Assembly: GCA_033549025.1 (NCBI GenBank) | Contig: JAWSUS010000003.1 | Coordinates: 120,413 to 184,412, forward strand | DNA: 64,000 bases | Direction: 5' to 3' | Origin: Desulfuromonadales bacterium | Lineage (GTDB): Bacteria; Desulfobacterota; Desulfuromonadia; Desulfuromonadales; SZUA-540 | Part shown: positions 47,768 through 59,086 of the stretch, piece after piece | Layout of the letters: each line of letters opens with the position of its first letter | Numbering within the stretch: the first letter of the stretch is position 1 | Notes under the pieces: model-generated | What the model saw: the letters and a program-made list of their open reading frames with translations, nothing else | Databases searched by the model: none | Told to the model about the DNA's origin: nothing | Position numbers and translations under genes: made by a program

Positions 47768-47796
47768 AGCCAAGGCCGCACAAGGCGACCTTGGCT
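47768..47796 (-). terminator. rplL-rpoB intergenic hairpin (attenuator-like)
   Basis: 8-bp stem AGCCAAGG/CCTTGGCT plus inner GC pairs between the rplL stop (47821) and the rpoB start, followed on the minus strand by a T-rich ATTCTACTTT. It is analogous in position to the known E. coli rplL-rpoB attenuator. Confidence 0.4.
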
Positions 47797-47820
47797 AATG
47801 GCGAAACTATGGGAAGGGAA

Positions 47821-48204
47821 CTACTTGAGTTCCACAGTGGCGCCAGCTTCGACGAGCTGCTTTTTGAGCTCTTCGGCTTCGGCTTTAGGCATGGCTTCCT
47901 TGACGGTCTGAGGAGCACCATCAACGAGATCCTTGGCTTCTTTGAGGCCCAGGCCTGTGGCAGCACGAACAACCTTGATGACGTTGATCTTTTTATCGCC
48001 AGCGGCGGCGAGAACAACATCGAACTCATCTTTTTCTTCTACAGCAGCAGCACCACCAGCGGCAGGAGCGGCAGCGGCCACCGCAACAGGAGCGGCAGCG
48101 GAGACACCGAACTTCTCTTCGAGTTCCTTGACGAGCTCAGCCAGCTCAAGGACGTTCATTTTTTCGATAAATTCAACAACCTGTTCTTTAGTGATATCAG
48201 CCAT
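47821..48204 (-). CDS. rplL: 50S ribosomal protein L7/L12
   Basis: 127 aa with [36 protein letters not shown] and an Ala-rich hinge. Confidence 0.97.
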   Translation of the reverse strand: MADITKEQVVEFIEKMNVLELAELVKELEEKFGVSAAAPVAVAAAAPAAGGAAAVEEKDEFDVVLAAAGDKKINVIKVVRAATGLGLKEAKDLVDGAPQTVKEAMPKAEAEELKKQLVEAGATVELK

Positions 48205-48258
48205 GATAAATATTCCTCCGTAACGTGTTATGCGTAAAATGGGGTAAAAAGGGCCAAA

Positions 48259-48777
48259 TTAAGCCGCTTTTTTGTCTTGAATAGCTGCCAATACCTGCAC
48301 CAGGGAGCGCGGAATAGCTGCCAGCACACCAACAAAATTGGTCGCGGGAGCATTAAGCGAACCAAGGACTTTGGCCAGCAGAACCTCGCGGCTCGGCAAT
48401 TCAGCCAGGGCCTCGATCTGTGCGAGGTCAAGCAGGTTGCCATTGAGCGCACCAACCTTCAGAGCAAAGGTCTTATTGGTTTTGGCGAATTCGGACAGAA
48501 TTTTGGCGGGGGCCACAGGGTCCGATCCAGCAATAGCGATCGCTGTGGGTCCGGCAAGGTGGTCGGAAAGGCACTCACTTGAAGTTCCTTTGGCGGCCAG
48601 CTTCAACAGGGTGTTTTTGACAACGCGGTATTCGACTCCTGCTCCGCGCAGTTCACCGCGCAGCTTATCCACCTGCTCCACGTTGAGACCGCGATAGTCC
48701 GCAAGAAAGGCCGCTTTGGCCGACCCGAGCTTTTCACTCAACTCGGCGACAATCTGTTCTTTGCTGCTTTTGTTCAA
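48259..48777 (-). CDS. rplJ: 50S ribosomal protein L10
   Basis: The ORF track extends to 48813. A TTG at 48777 lies 7 nt after AAAGGAGGAG and gives 172 aa starting (M)[30 protein letters not shown]. The upstream ATGs lack an SD. Confidence 0.9.
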   Translation of the reverse strand: MNKSSKEQIVAELSEKLGSAKAAFLADYRGLNVEQVDKLRGELRGAGVEYRVVKNTLLKLAAKGTSSECLSDHLAGPTAIAIAGSDPVAPAKILSEFAKTNKTFALKVGALNGNLLDLAQIEALAELPSREVLLAKVLGSLNAPATNFVGVLAAIPRSLVQVLAAIQDKKAA

Positions 48778-49007
48778 CGTCTCTCCTCCTTTCATTGAGA
48801 TTTGGGGATCCATTTGATCCCTTGCCCCAGTCTGAGGTCATGGAGTGAGACGAAATCGTCGATCCATTGTTCCAGCCTCGGCAGGCAGTCCATCTTTTAA
48901 GCGCGATCGGCTAGCGCACCTGCTGTCTTTGACCGGGAGCGTTATGTAAACCACCAGTCGCCCACTCGAAGAGAGGGCGACTGTCGTGCGAACAAACCTT
49001 GCTTAAC
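48778..49007 (-). promoter_or_regulatory. 230-nt rplA-rplJ intergenic leader (candidate L10 autoregulatory leader or attenuator)
   Basis: Unusually long non-coding gap in an otherwise tight cluster. It contains the hairpin AGTCGCCC-ACTCGAAGAGA-GGGCGACT (48956-48982). The position matches the known L10/L12-regulated rplJ leaders. Confidence 0.4.
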
Positions 49008-49709
49008 TTATTTGACCATCGCCTGCAAAGCAGCGACATCGATATTGAGGCCAGGTCCCATCGTGCTGGAAATGCACACCTTTTTAAGGTAAGTCCCCTT
49101 GGAGGTAGCGGGTTTGGCCTTAACAAGAGCATCAACCAGGCTGACCACGTTTTCCTTGAGTTTTTCAACGTCAAAGGAAACCTTGCCCACCGGGGCATGA
49201 ACGATACCCGCTTTTTCAACGCGGTATTCGATTTTACCCGATTTGGCCTCGGTCACTGCCCGCTCGATGTCAAAGGTGACGGTACCAACCTTGGGGTTAG
49301 GCATAAGGCCGCGGGGGCCGAGAAGCTTGCCGATTTTGCCGACCGTACCCATCATATCCGGGGTAGCGATAGCAGTATCAAAATCGAACCAGCCGGCCTG
49401 AATCTTGGCCACGAGATCGTCCGCCCCGACGTAGTCGGCACCAGCCGTGGTGGCTTCCTGAGCCTTCTCGCCCTTGGCAAAGACGAGAACACGGACAGTT
49501 TTACCCAGACCGTTAGGAAGGACAACGGCACCACGAACCATCTGATCCGCCTTACGCGGATCAACGCCCAGGCGAATGGAGACGTCGACCGTTTCGTCAA
49601 ATTTGGCGAAGGAAGTCTCTTTGACAAGAGCAAGAGCCTCCTCAATAGGATAGGCATTTGTTCTGTCTATCTTGGCCTTAGCTTGAGTATGTTTTTTTCC
49701 TGCACTCAT
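49008..49709 (-). CDS. rplA: 50S ribosomal protein L1
   Basis: The ORF-track start (49715) is TTG. ATG at 49709, 6 nt after GGAG, gives 233 aa starting [26 protein letters not shown]. Confidence 0.95.
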   Translation of the reverse strand: MSAGKKHTQAKAKIDRTNAYPIEEALALVKETSFAKFDETVDVSIRLGVDPRKADQMVRGAVVLPNGLGKTVRVLVFAKGEKAQEATTAGADYVGADDLVAKIQAGWFDFDTAIATPDMMGTVGKIGKLLGPRGLMPNPKVGTVTFDIERAVTEAKSGKIEYRVEKAGIVHAPVGKVSFDVEKLKENVVSLVDALVKAKPATSKGTYLKKVCISSTMGPGLNIDVAALQAMVK

Positions 49710-49721
49710 TTGCAACTCCAG

Positions 49722-50144
49722 TTAAACGACTTCGAGGCCCATGCTGCGGGCGGTGCCTTCAATAGTAAGGATTGCCTTTTCGATATCAAAGGCATTGAGA
49801 TCCGGCATTTTCAGCTCGGCAATCTCCCTGACCTGATCCTTGGTGACCTTGCCCACTTTGTTTTTATTGGGCACGCCGGATCCCTTCTGAATCTTGGCGG
49901 CCTTCAGGAGAAGAACGGCTGCGGGCGGCGTCTTGGTGATGAAGGAAAAGGACCGGTCGGCGTAGACAGTAATGACGACAGGTGTAATCATTCCGTCCTG
50001 TGCCTGGGTCTTTGCGTTAAACGCCTTGCAGAACTCCATAATGTTGACCCCATGCTGGCCGAGCGCGGGACCGACCGGAGGCGAAGGATTCGCCTTGCCG
50101 GCAGGAATCTGCAGTTTAATCAAACCAACAACCTTCTTGGCCAT
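49722..50144 (-). CDS. rplK: 50S ribosomal protein L11
   Basis: 140 aa starting [40 protein letters not shown]. Confidence 0.97.
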   Translation of the reverse strand: MAKKVVGLIKLQIPAGKANPSPPVGPALGQHGVNIMEFCKAFNAKTQAQDGMITPVVITVYADRSFSFITKTPPAAVLLLKAAKIQKGSGVPNKNKVGKVTKDQVREIAELKMPDLNAFDIEKAILTIEGTARSMGLEVV

Positions 50145-50180
50145 GAGTGACTCCTTGAGTTTATCTTGTTAGAACCAGCT

Positions 50181-50714
50181 CTAGCTGGTTTTTTCTACTT
50201 GAATGAATTCCAGTTCGACCGGCGTAACCCGCCCGAAAATACTGACCATGACCTTGAGTTTGCCCTTGTCGGGCTTCACATCTTCGACCACACCGGTAAA
50301 GTTGAGGAACGGACCGTCAACCACGCGTACCGTTTCACCAACTTCAAACTCGACCTTCGGCTTGGGTCGCTCCACACCTTCTTCGATGCGCGAGGTAATC
50401 TTAGCAACCTCTTCGTCGGGGATGGACGGTGGAGCAGTCCCCCCTCCAACAAATCCAGTAACCTTCGGTATATCTTTAACTATGTGCCAGGTTTCGTTGT
50501 TCAACTCCATCTGGACAAGTATATAGCCAGGAAAAAATTTACGGGAAGAGGTCTTGCGCTCTCCCTTTTTCAACTCGACCACCGTTTCGGAAGGGATCAA
50601 TATTTCCCCAAAGAACTCTTCCGCTTCGAGCGATCGAATTCGCTCCTCCAGATTGAGCTTTACCTTATTTTCGAATCCAGAGTACGTGTGTACGCCATAC
50701 CACTTTTTCGCCAT
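50181..50714 (-). CDS. nusG: transcription termination/antitermination factor NusG
   Basis: 177 aa with NGN domain [18 protein letters not shown] and a C-terminal KOW ([21 protein letters not shown]). Confidence 0.96.
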   Translation of the reverse strand: MAKKWYGVHTYSGFENKVKLNLEERIRSLEAEEFFGEILIPSETVVELKKGERKTSSRKFFPGYILVQMELNNETWHIVKDIPKVTGFVGGGTAPPSIPDEEVAKITSRIEEGVERPKPKVEFEVGETVRVVDGPFLNFTGVVEDVKPDKGKLKVMVSIFGRVTPVELEFIQVEKTS

Positions 50715-50729
50715 ATCAGCTTCTCCCTA

Positions 50730-50915
50730 TCAACTCAGGAGCGCGCGTATCACCGCGGAGAGAGCTGAGTCCACAACCCACAAAAACACGGCAACGACGA
50801 AGACCAGAACGATAACAACCGTTGTTGACGCGATTGTGTCCTTGCGCGTCGGCCAGGTAACCTTTTTAAGCTCACCCTTTACGTTCGTCAAAAACTCTGT
50901 CGTTTTGGCAAGCAC
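50730..50915 (-). CDS. secE: preprotein translocase subunit SecE
   Basis: The ORF-track start (50945) abuts tRNA-Trp. GTG at 50915, 8 nt after AAGGGG, gives 61 aa (M)LAKTTEFLTNVKGELKKVTWPTRKDT plus one TM helix. Confidence 0.85.
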   Translation of the reverse strand: MLAKTTEFLTNVKGELKKVTWPTRKDTIASTTVVIVLVFVVAVFLWVVDSALSAVIRALLS

Positions 50916-50947
50916 TATAAAACCCCTTTGGAGGATGACCATCAAAA

Positions 50948-51024
50948 TGGCAGGCCAGGAGGGACTCGAACCCCCAACACCCGGTTTTGGAGACCGGTGC
51001 TCTAGCCATTAGAGCTACTGGCCT
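50948..51024 (-). tRNA. tRNA-Trp (anticodon CCA)
   Basis: Reverse complement AGGCCAGTAGCTCTAATGGCTAGAGCACCGGTCTCCAAAACCGGGTGTTGGGGGTTCGAGTCCCTCCTGGCCTGCCA, with anticodon loop CT-CCA-AA. Confidence 0.9.
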
Positions 51025-51066
51025 GCATGCAGAAAACTGCGTAATTCCTCTTCCTGCCGCTAGCCC

Positions 51067-51216
51067 CTACTTCGTTTCCTTGTGGGGGGTGTGCTTCTGA
51101 CAGAAACGGCAATATTTACTAAACTCCAGTTTATCGGGAGTATTTTTTTTGTTTTTCGTGGTGGTGTAATTGCGCTGCTTGCATTCAGTGCAAGCTAAGG
51201 TAACGATATCCCGCAT
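51067..51216 (-). CDS. rpmG: 50S ribosomal protein L33 (zinc-ribbon form)
   Basis: Below the ORF-track cutoff. My translation is [49 protein letters not shown] (49 aa, CxxC...CxxC). Confidence 0.92.
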   Translation of the reverse strand: MRDIVTLACTECKQRNYTTTKNKKNTPDKLEFSKYCRFCQKHTPHKETK

Positions 51217-51270
51217 GGTGTCGTCCTTCAACCCCCCCCCTCTAACGAGGGGAGGAGGTTTTGAATGTTT

Positions 51271-52461
<1,191 letters not shown>

Positions 52462-52571
52462 TGTGTCATCCTCCCTTTTTACTGATTTTGCTTATTTCGC
52501 CTAATGTTGGGCCAGCTGCGTTTGCGAGGCCAAGATCCAATACAAACAGACAAACCCCCAGACACAGTGCA

Positions 52572-52647
<76 letters not shown>

Positions 52648-52685
52648 CTATTCACTGACTTTCTGCGGAATCACCAGGGTTAGTT

Positions 52686-52762
52686 TGGAGCGGGAAACGG
52701 GATTCGAACCCGCGACCCTCAGCTTGGAAGGCTGATGCTCTAGCCAACTGAGCTACTCCCGC
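52686..52762 (-). tRNA. tRNA-Gly (anticodon TCC)
   Basis: Reverse complement GCGGGAGTAGCTCAGTTGGCTAGAGCATCAGCCTTCCAAGCTGAGGGTCGCGGGTTCGAATCCCGTTTCCCGCTCCA, with anticodon loop CT-TCC-AA. Confidence 0.9.
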
Positions 52763-52885
52763 CCAAAAACAACCAACCTTAAATTTATCTGCTACACGGT
52801 GGACTCCAGAAGGATCGACTTCCCAGTACATTCAGCCCATGGCCTCCTGGAAACGCCTACCCGACCTCATCCGGCGAGTTTCATA

Positions 52886-52970
<85 letters not shown>

Positions 52971-53015
52971 AGGGGAATTTAAAACAAAAGGTTTTTCAGC
53001 CCCTTTGTAGCTCAT

Positions 53016-53091
53016 TGGAGCTGGCGACAGGAATTGAACCCGCAACCTGCTGATTACAAGTCAGCTGCTCTACCTATTGAGCTACGCCAGC
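53016..53091 (-). tRNA. tRNA-Thr (anticodon TGT)
   Basis: Reverse complement GCTGGCGTAGCTCAATAGGTAGAGCAGCTGACTTGTAATCAGCAGGTTGCGGGTTCAATTCCTGTCGCCAGCTCCA, with anticodon loop CT-TGT-AA. Confidence 0.9.
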
Positions 53092-53102
53092 ACAGGGGGG
53101 GA

Positions 53103-53131
53103 TTTATACAACAGTGACTTTCGAATTGCAA
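53103..53131 (-). promoter_or_regulatory. putative stable-RNA-type promoter (proximal) of the tRNA-tuf operon
   Basis: Minus strand GAAAAAAAGG-C-TTGCAA-17 nt-TATAAA followed by the GC-rich discriminator TCCCCCCC, ending 11 nt before the first tRNA. Confidence 0.5.
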
Positions 53132-53174
53132 GCCTTTTTTTCTACTGCGATCATTCCCGCCCAGAACGGGTGAA

Positions 53175-53203
53175 CGTATAATTCATTTGCTCGGTGATGT
53201 CAA
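53175..53203 (-). promoter_or_regulatory. putative distal promoter of the tRNA-tuf operon
   Basis: Minus strand TTGACA (53203-53198), 17-nt spacer, TATACG (53180-53175), just downstream of the rlmB stop. Confidence 0.35.
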
Positions 53204-53222
53204 TAATTTTATAGGCAAAAAA

Positions 53223-53975
53223 TCAGCAACCACTCAAGACCCGACGCTGGCGAACAACCTCATACATGGCCAAGGCGCCGGCGACGGAGGCATTGAGGGA
53301 AGAGACCGCGCCCGCCATGGGGATACGCAGCAGGCCGTCGCAATGGGTTTTTACGTTGGGACGGAGCCCGCTCCCTTCGCTGCCGACGACCAAGGCAATG
53401 TTCCCCGCCAGATCGCATGAATAGATATCCTGGCTGTCAGCCTCGCCGGCAAGGCCATAGACCCACACCCCAGCCCGCCGCAGTTCATCCATGGTGCGAG
53501 CCAGATTAGTGACCTGGCAGAGCGGGATATGCTCGAGGGCGCCCGCCGAGGACTTGTCCACGACCCCGGTGACACCACAGGCCCGGTCTTTGGGAATGAT
53601 CACGCCATGGCAGCCGGCGCCCTCCGCACTGCGGATCAAAGCACCCAGGTTGTGAGGATCGGTGATGCCGTCAAGAAGGAGAAAGAAAGCAGGCCGGCCG
53701 GAGGCACGCCAGCTTTCGACCAGATCGTCGACAGAGGCAAAAGAAAAATCTTCCACTTTCAGCAACACGCCCTGGTGGCGGTTGTTCCCGGCCAGCCGAT
53801 CCATGTCCCGACGCTCGACCTGGCGAACGGCCACACCCTCGCGCTCCGCCTCCTCGATCACCTCCTGAACCCGAGGGCTGAGAGGCTGGCGCGTTACGAC
53901 CAGCTCAAGGGGGCGGCGGAGCCGGCTGCGCAGCCCCTCACGGGCCGGATTTACACCATAGATCCAATCCGCCAT
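53223..53975 (-). CDS. rlmB: 23S rRNA (guanosine-2'-O)-methyltransferase RlmB (SpoU/TrmH family)
   Basis: 250 aa with LLLDGITDPHNLGALIRSAEGAGCHGVIIPKDR and C-terminal SpoU knot motifs (LVVGSEGSGLR, IPMAGAVSSLNASVA). Confidence 0.88.
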   Translation of the reverse strand: MADWIYGVNPAREGLRSRLRRPLELVVTRQPLSPRVQEVIEEAEREGVAVRQVERRDMDRLAGNNRHQGVLLKVEDFSFASVDDLVESWRASGRPAFFLLLDGITDPHNLGALIRSAEGAGCHGVIIPKDRACGVTGVVDKSSAGALEHIPLCQVTNLARTMDELRRAGVWVYGLAGEADSQDIYSCDLAGNIALVVGSEGSGLRPNVKTHCDGLLRIPMAGAVSSLNASVAGALAMYEVVRQRRVLSGC

Positions 53976-54712
53976 TAACGATTCTCGCCGAGAGCAGCAG
54001 CCATTTCATCCAGAATCTTTTCAGCCGCCCCGACAGGATCGGCCGCCGCCGAAATAGGCCGCCCGATGACCAGATAGTCGGCACCAGCGCTGATGGCCTC
54101 GGCAGGGGTAGTGACCCGTTTCTGGTCATCCAGAGAAGCAAATGTGGGGCGCACGCCAGGCGTCACAATAAGGAAATCATCCCCGCAAACTTCCCGGATG
54201 AGGGCGACTTCCTTAGGCGAGGCGACCACGCCGTCCATGCCGGCATCCTTGGCCAGCTTGGCCAGACGGGGCACCATTTCCTGAACGGGACGATCGATGC
54301 CGACCTGCTTCAGGGTTTCCTCGGTGGATGAGGTCAGGATGGTCACCGCCAGCAGCACGGGACGCTCGGCGCTACCCTTCGGACAGACGCTATCAACAGC
54401 CGCCACAGTTTTCTCCATCATCTCCCGCCCGCCCAGGGCATGCACATTGAACATGCGGACACCGAGTCGAGCCGCCTCCACGCCAGCGCTGGCTACAGTG
54501 TTGGGGATATCGTGATACTTGAGGTCAAGAAAGACATCCCCCCCTTCCCCGCGGACCATGTGAACCACCTCGGGACCACAACGGGTAAAGAGCTGCTTGC
54601 CCACCTTAAAAACCCCGACCTTTTCGTGCAGCAACTTGACCCAGCGCTCAGCCTCTTCAAAATTGTCGACGTCCAGGGCGAAAACCAGGCGATCACGTAC
54701 AGAATTCTTCAT
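53975..54712 (-). CDS. pyrF: orotidine 5'-phosphate decarboxylase
   Basis: The ORF track extends to 54817. ATG at 54712 overlaps the upstream stop (TGATG) and gives 245 aa starting MKNSVRDRLVFALDVDNFEEA, with FLDLKYHDIPNTV. Confidence 0.93.
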   Translation of the reverse strand: MKNSVRDRLVFALDVDNFEEAERWVKLLHEKVGVFKVGKQLFTRCGPEVVHMVRGEGGDVFLDLKYHDIPNTVASAGVEAARLGVRMFNVHALGGREMMEKTVAAVDSVCPKGSAERPVLLAVTILTSSTEETLKQVGIDRPVQEMVPRLAKLAKDAGMDGVVASPKEVALIREVCGDDFLIVTPGVRPTFASLDDQKRVTTPAEAISAGADYLVIGRPISAAADPVGAAEKILDEMAAALGENR

Positions 54713-55923
54713 CACTTGCTCCCAATGATATGTTTCACCCGGCGGGAGATCTCCTGCACCCGCTGAATGAGTTCCGTCGATTCCTCGGCGCCCAATTGGC
54801 GACGGGCGGCCATGCATTCCATGTAAACCAGCTCGCTCAAAGCATCGGCCAGCAGCTTCATCTTGTCCGACTCATCAAGTCCGCCCAGATTGACCAGGAT
54901 ACGCCCCGCCTCTATAGAGCCGTCTTCGGCCAGGGTCACATCCCGAAAGACATACGAAAAAGGTTGAGGCAACGTGTGCAGAAAAGCATCCACCTCCTGG
55001 CCAAAGGCGGGATTCTTCTCACTCAGCCGTCGGAAGAGTGCCGAGAGGGCGCCGTTGAAAATGGAGAGGATTTTACCCAGGTCCCCGGATGCCTCCACCG
55101 AGGGGGCGTCCTCCATTCTCACCGCCTTTTTCTCGATCAACTGATAGAGCAGGCGCAGCGTCTCGAACTCTCCCATGCCGCTCCGGCGCAGAATTTCACG
55201 CACCGCGAGGCGCCTCTCGCCAATAAGCAGCGCCAGACGTTTTTCCGATGGAGGCAGATCCTCGACGCGCCCCGGCTCCAGCACCGGCAAGCCATCGAGA
55301 GAACCAATGCGGCGCATGAAGAGTTCTTTCTCGTCAACGCGGCGCAGTCCTTCCATGATAAGGTTCTGGGTGCTCAGCGAGAGCCGGACGACTTCGCTCT
55401 TGCCCGGACGCTGATTCAGGAAGACATAGCTGCCGGCCTGAAAAGCAAAGAGGCCGTAGATAATGGACTCCACCTGCTGGCGCGTCGCCTGCCAGAGATC
55501 TTTGGCCGTGACCAGCCCCTTTTCGACCAGAGACTTGCCGCCGCGGGTCAGATCGACAGATGATTGTCGGATCTTCTGAAGCCCTTCCGCGCTGAGCTTC
55601 CCCATGTCAAAGAGGGCGTCTCCCAGGTCTTCGCCCGGGAAGGTACTCTTTGCCGAGACAATCTCACCCTGCTGGAAGCACAGATCCTTACAGCCTCCCT
55701 TGAGTTCAAAGTGCAGGACGCCGGTTTTCCGGAACATATTAAAGAAGGAGAGGAGATCCGTCACCGAGACCTCCCCCAGCACTCCCGCCATCAACACCTC
55801 GCCCGCCTCCGGCGAGGTAAAGAGGAGATGACAGGAGGAAGATGCGGTCAGCTCCAAAGATGAAACCGCGACCTTGTCGGCCACCTGGGGAGGAATCGTC
55901 AAAAGCGTGCTGTCAGCTGCCAT
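54712..55923 (-). CDS. DUF4388 (PATAN-like) domain protein of unknown function
   Basis: 403 aa. The N-terminal block GVLGEVSVTDLLSFFNMFRKTGVLHFELKGG resembles the DUF4388 signature. I recognise no enzymatic motif in the rest. Confidence 0.7.
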   Translation of the reverse strand: MAADSTLLTIPPQVADKVAVSSLELTASSSCHLLFTSPEAGEVLMAGVLGEVSVTDLLSFFNMFRKTGVLHFELKGGCKDLCFQQGEIVSAKSTFPGEDLGDALFDMGKLSAEGLQKIRQSSVDLTRGGKSLVEKGLVTAKDLWQATRQQVESIIYGLFAFQAGSYVFLNQRPGKSEVVRLSLSTQNLIMEGLRRVDEKELFMRRIGSLDGLPVLEPGRVEDLPPSEKRLALLIGERRLAVREILRRSGMGEFETLRLLYQLIEKKAVRMEDAPSVEASGDLGKILSIFNGALSALFRRLSEKNPAFGQEVDAFLHTLPQPFSYVFRDVTLAEDGSIEAGRILVNLGGLDESDKMKLLADALSELVYMECMAARRQLGAEESTELIQRVQEISRRVKHIIGSK

Positions 55924-55961
55924 AAGTCTCTACTCTCCGTGGCGGCTCTTCAATCCCGCCG

Positions 55962-57680
55962 TCAATCAGACGCCAGGGCCGCCCGGATCTTGGCTGCGAC
56001 CACGGCGGCCGCCTCCGCCACCGGCAGCAGACTCCGCTGCCCGTTCAAACGCTCCTGCAGCTCCAGCGCACCCTCCTTGAGGCCCCGGGCACCGACGGTC
56101 ACCCGCAAGGGGATGCCGATAAGGTCCGCATCCTTGAACTTGCTGCCCGGGCGCTCGTCACGATCGTCGAGCAGCACGTCGACGCCGGCCTGCCGCAGAT
56201 CGTTATAAAGAGCCTCCGCCGCCGCCCGGACTTCGTCATCGTTGGGGTTGACCATAGTGACGACGACCTGGAAGGGGGCGATCGGCAAGGGGAAGATGAT
56301 GCCGTTCTCGTCATGGTTCTGCTCGATGGCCGAAGCGACGGTGCGGCCGATGCCGATACCGTAGCAGCCCATGACCAGCACGCGGTCCTTGCCCTGATCA
56401 TCCAGCACGGTCGCGCCCATGGCCTCGGAATACTTGGTACCCAGCTTGAAGACGTGTCCCACCTCGATGCCGCGCCAGATCTCGAGCTTGCCTTCGCAGC
56501 GGGGGCAGGGATCGCCGCCGATGGCCTGACGCAGATCAGCGAAGGTATCAACAGTGAAGTCGCGATTCAGGTTGACGCCGGTGAAATGGGCATCCTTCTC
56601 GTTGGCGCCGGTGATAAAGTCGGCCATGCCCTGCACCTCCAGATCGGCTACGAGGCGGATCTTCAGACCGACGGGACCGGCAAAACCGCTCGGCGCTCCG
56701 GTGACCTTCTGTACCACCTCTTCCGGCGCCAGGGTGACCCAGGTGCAGCCGAGGAGATGCGCCAGCTTGATATCGTTGAGTTCGCGGTCCCCGCGCAGCA
56801 GCACCCCCAGGGTCTCGCCGGCATCCGTTTCGACGATCAGGGTCTTGAGCAGCCGCGACGGGCTGGTTTCCAGAAAGAGGGCCACGTCCTCGATGGTCTT
56901 GCGAGCCGGCGTGGCCACCTTACTCAATTCTTTTGTCGCCGGCGGCGTCGGCAGTGTCCCCAGGCGGATCTCGGCCTTCTCGACATTGGCGGCATATTCA
57001 CAGCTGTCACAGGAAACGATGGCATCCTCACCGGACTCGGCCAGCACCATGAACTCGTGGGAAAAAGAGCCACCGATAGAGCCGGTATCCGCCTCCACGG
57101 CACGGAACTTAAGACCGCAGCGGGTGAAGATGCGGCGATAGGCCTGGTACATCTTCTCATAGGAGGCATCAGCCCCGGCATCGTCGAGATCGAAGGAGTA
57201 GGCGTCCTTCATGATGAACTCGCGGCCACGCATGAGGCCGAAACGGGGGCGAATCTCGTCACGGAACTTGGTCTGGATCTGATAAAGATTCAGGGGGAGC
57301 TGACGGTAGGAGCGCACTGTGTTGCGCACGATGTCGGTGACCACTTCTTCATGGGTCGGCCCCATGCAGAAATCGGCATCCTTGCGGTCCTTGAAGCGCA
57401 GCAGCTCCTTACCGTACTTTTCCCAGCGTCCCGACTCCTGCCAGAGCTCGGCGGGGTTGGCCATGGGCATGAGCACCTCGATAGCCCCGGCCCGGTCCAG
57501 CTCTTCGCGGACAATGGCCTCGACCTTGCGGATGGAACGCAGTCCTAATGGCATATAGTTATAGATACCGGCGGCCACTTTGCGGATCATGCCAGCCCGC
57601 ATCATCAGCTGGTGGCTGACCACTTCGGCGTCGGCGGGGGTCTCTTTCAATGTCGGCAACAAATACTGGGACCAGCGCAT
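55962..57680 (-). CDS. proS: proline--tRNA ligase (bacterial type with editing insertion)
   Basis: 572 aa starting [40 protein letters not shown], with class II motifs and a large INS domain. Confidence 0.96.
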   Translation of the reverse strand: MRWSQYLLPTLKETPADAEVVSHQLMMRAGMIRKVAAGIYNYMPLGLRSIRKVEAIVREELDRAGAIEVLMPMANPAELWQESGRWEKYGKELLRFKDRKDADFCMGPTHEEVVTDIVRNTVRSYRQLPLNLYQIQTKFRDEIRPRFGLMRGREFIMKDAYSFDLDDAGADASYEKMYQAYRRIFTRCGLKFRAVEADTGSIGGSFSHEFMVLAESGEDAIVSCDSCEYAANVEKAEIRLGTLPTPPATKELSKVATPARKTIEDVALFLETSPSRLLKTLIVETDAGETLGVLLRGDRELNDIKLAHLLGCTWVTLAPEEVVQKVTGAPSGFAGPVGLKIRLVADLEVQGMADFITGANEKDAHFTGVNLNRDFTVDTFADLRQAIGGDPCPRCEGKLEIWRGIEVGHVFKLGTKYSEAMGATVLDDQGKDRVLVMGCYGIGIGRTVASAIEQNHDENGIIFPLPIAPFQVVVTMVNPNDDEVRAAAEALYNDLRQAGVDVLLDDRDERPGSKFKDADLIGIPLRVTVGARGLKEGALELQERLNGQRSLLPVAEAAAVVAAKIRAALASD

Positions 57681-57823
57681 GGGAAAACCTCAACTCTTGA
57701 TTAAATTGGATAACACGGAAATCGGACGAAGGCGCCAGAGGGCGCCGGCAGGTAGGAAAAGCTAGCGTATCTGCGGGCAAAAGGCAAGAAAACAGTGCGC
57801 AGGAAGCCTCTTGCCGCGGCGAT

Positions 57824-58891
57824 TCAGCTCTTTTCTTTCCGGTGCACCAGCTCCCAGGCTTCTTCCACCAGCGCATCGGCCAGTTCGGCTTGCGGCACCT
57901 TGCGCACCACCTGCCCATGGCGGAAGAGCAGCCCCTGTCCCTTGCCGCCCGCGATACCGATATCGGCCTCACGGGCCTCGCCCGGCCCGTTGACCACACA
58001 GCCCATCACGGCCACGGTGATCTTCTCCGGCAGGTCGTGCAGACGACGCTCCACCTCTTCGGCCACGGCAATAAGGTCGATCTGGCAGCGGCCACAGGTC
58101 GGGCAACTCACGAACACCGGCCCGCGCTCGCGCAATTCCAGGGCTTTGAGAATCTCCCAGCCGACCCGCACCTCTTCTACCGGATCACCGGTCAGGGAGA
58201 CGCGCAGGGTGTCGCCGATGCCGTCATAGAGCAATGCCCCCAGGCCGATGGCGCTCTTGATGGTACCGCTCCAGGTGGTACCCGCTTCGGTGATGCCGAT
58301 GTGCAGAGGATAATCCACGCGGTCGGCCAACTGGCGATAGGCCTCCACCGTACGGCGGATATCGGAGGCCTTGAGGCTGACCTTGATCTGGTCAAAGGAG
58401 AGATCTTCCAGCAGGCGAATGTGTCCCAGGGCGCTCTCCACCATGGCTTCCGGCGTCGGATGCCCGTAGCGTTCGAGCAGCTCCTTTTCCAGGGAACCGC
58501 CGTTGACGCCGATGCGGATGGGCACGGAACGCTCGGCGCAGGCCCGTACCACTTCCTGTACTTTCCAGCGTTCGCCAATGTTGCCGGGGTTGATGCGCAA
58601 GCCCTGCACCCCGCTCTCCAGGGAAGCCAGGGCCAGCCGGTAATCGAAATGGATATCGGCAATCACCGGCAGAGGGCTGTCGGCACAGATCCCCCGCAAC
58701 GCCAGGGCGGCCTCTTCGTCGGGGACGGCGCAGCGCACGATCTCGCAGCCGGCCGCGAAGAGGCGGCGGATCTGCGCCGTGGTGGCCTGGACGTCACGGG
58801 TATCGGTATTGCACATGGACTGCACGGAAATGGGTGCCCCATCGCCGACAGCGACGTCTCCAACGGTAATCCGGCGTGTTTTTCGACGCAT
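57824..58891 (-). CDS. ispG: 4-hydroxy-3-methylbut-2-en-1-yl diphosphate synthase (flavodoxin)
   Basis: 355 aa with ISVQSMCNTDTRD and Fe-S cysteines in VSCPTCGRC...GCVVNGPGE. Confidence 0.96.
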   Translation of the reverse strand: MRRKTRRITVGDVAVGDGAPISVQSMCNTDTRDVQATTAQIRRLFAAGCEIVRCAVPDEEAALALRGICADSPLPVIADIHFDYRLALASLESGVQGLRINPGNIGERWKVQEVVRACAERSVPIRIGVNGGSLEKELLERYGHPTPEAMVESALGHIRLLEDLSFDQIKVSLKASDIRRTVEAYRQLADRVDYPLHIGITEAGTTWSGTIKSAIGLGALLYDGIGDTLRVSLTGDPVEEVRVGWEILKALELRERGPVFVSCPTCGRCQIDLIAVAEEVERRLHDLPEKITVAVMGCVVNGPGEAREADIGIAGGKGQGLLFRHGQVVRKVPQAELADALVEEAWELVHRKEKS

Positions 58892-59022
58892 GGGTCGTTC
58901 CTTTCAGGCAAACAGCGGCCTCGGTCTTCCTCCAGGCGCCTGGCGGCGAGAGGCGGGGCGGCAAAAGTGGGCATGAGTTTACGGCCGGCAGAGCCCCAAG
59001 TCAAGGGGCGAGGACTGAGCCG

Positions 59023-59051
59023 TTGACAGGAAAAAGACGACAGGGTAATGT
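59023..59051 (+). promoter_or_regulatory. putative sigma70 promoter of rlmD
   Basis: TTGACA (59023-59028), 17-nt spacer, TAATGT (59046-59051), 35 nt upstream of the ATG at 59087. Confidence 0.45.
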
Positions 59052-59086
59052 GCCTCCAACTTATTAGCAAAGACAGGTCAAATACC

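Noticed and set aside
52763-52885. 123-nt spacer between tRNA-Gly and tRNA-Tyr as a possible small RNA or peptide gene
   Set aside because: AGGAGG-ATG is present but the ORF is only two codons (M-G-stop). I saw no convincing stem-loops. E. coli has a comparably long spacer at the same place in its tufB operon.
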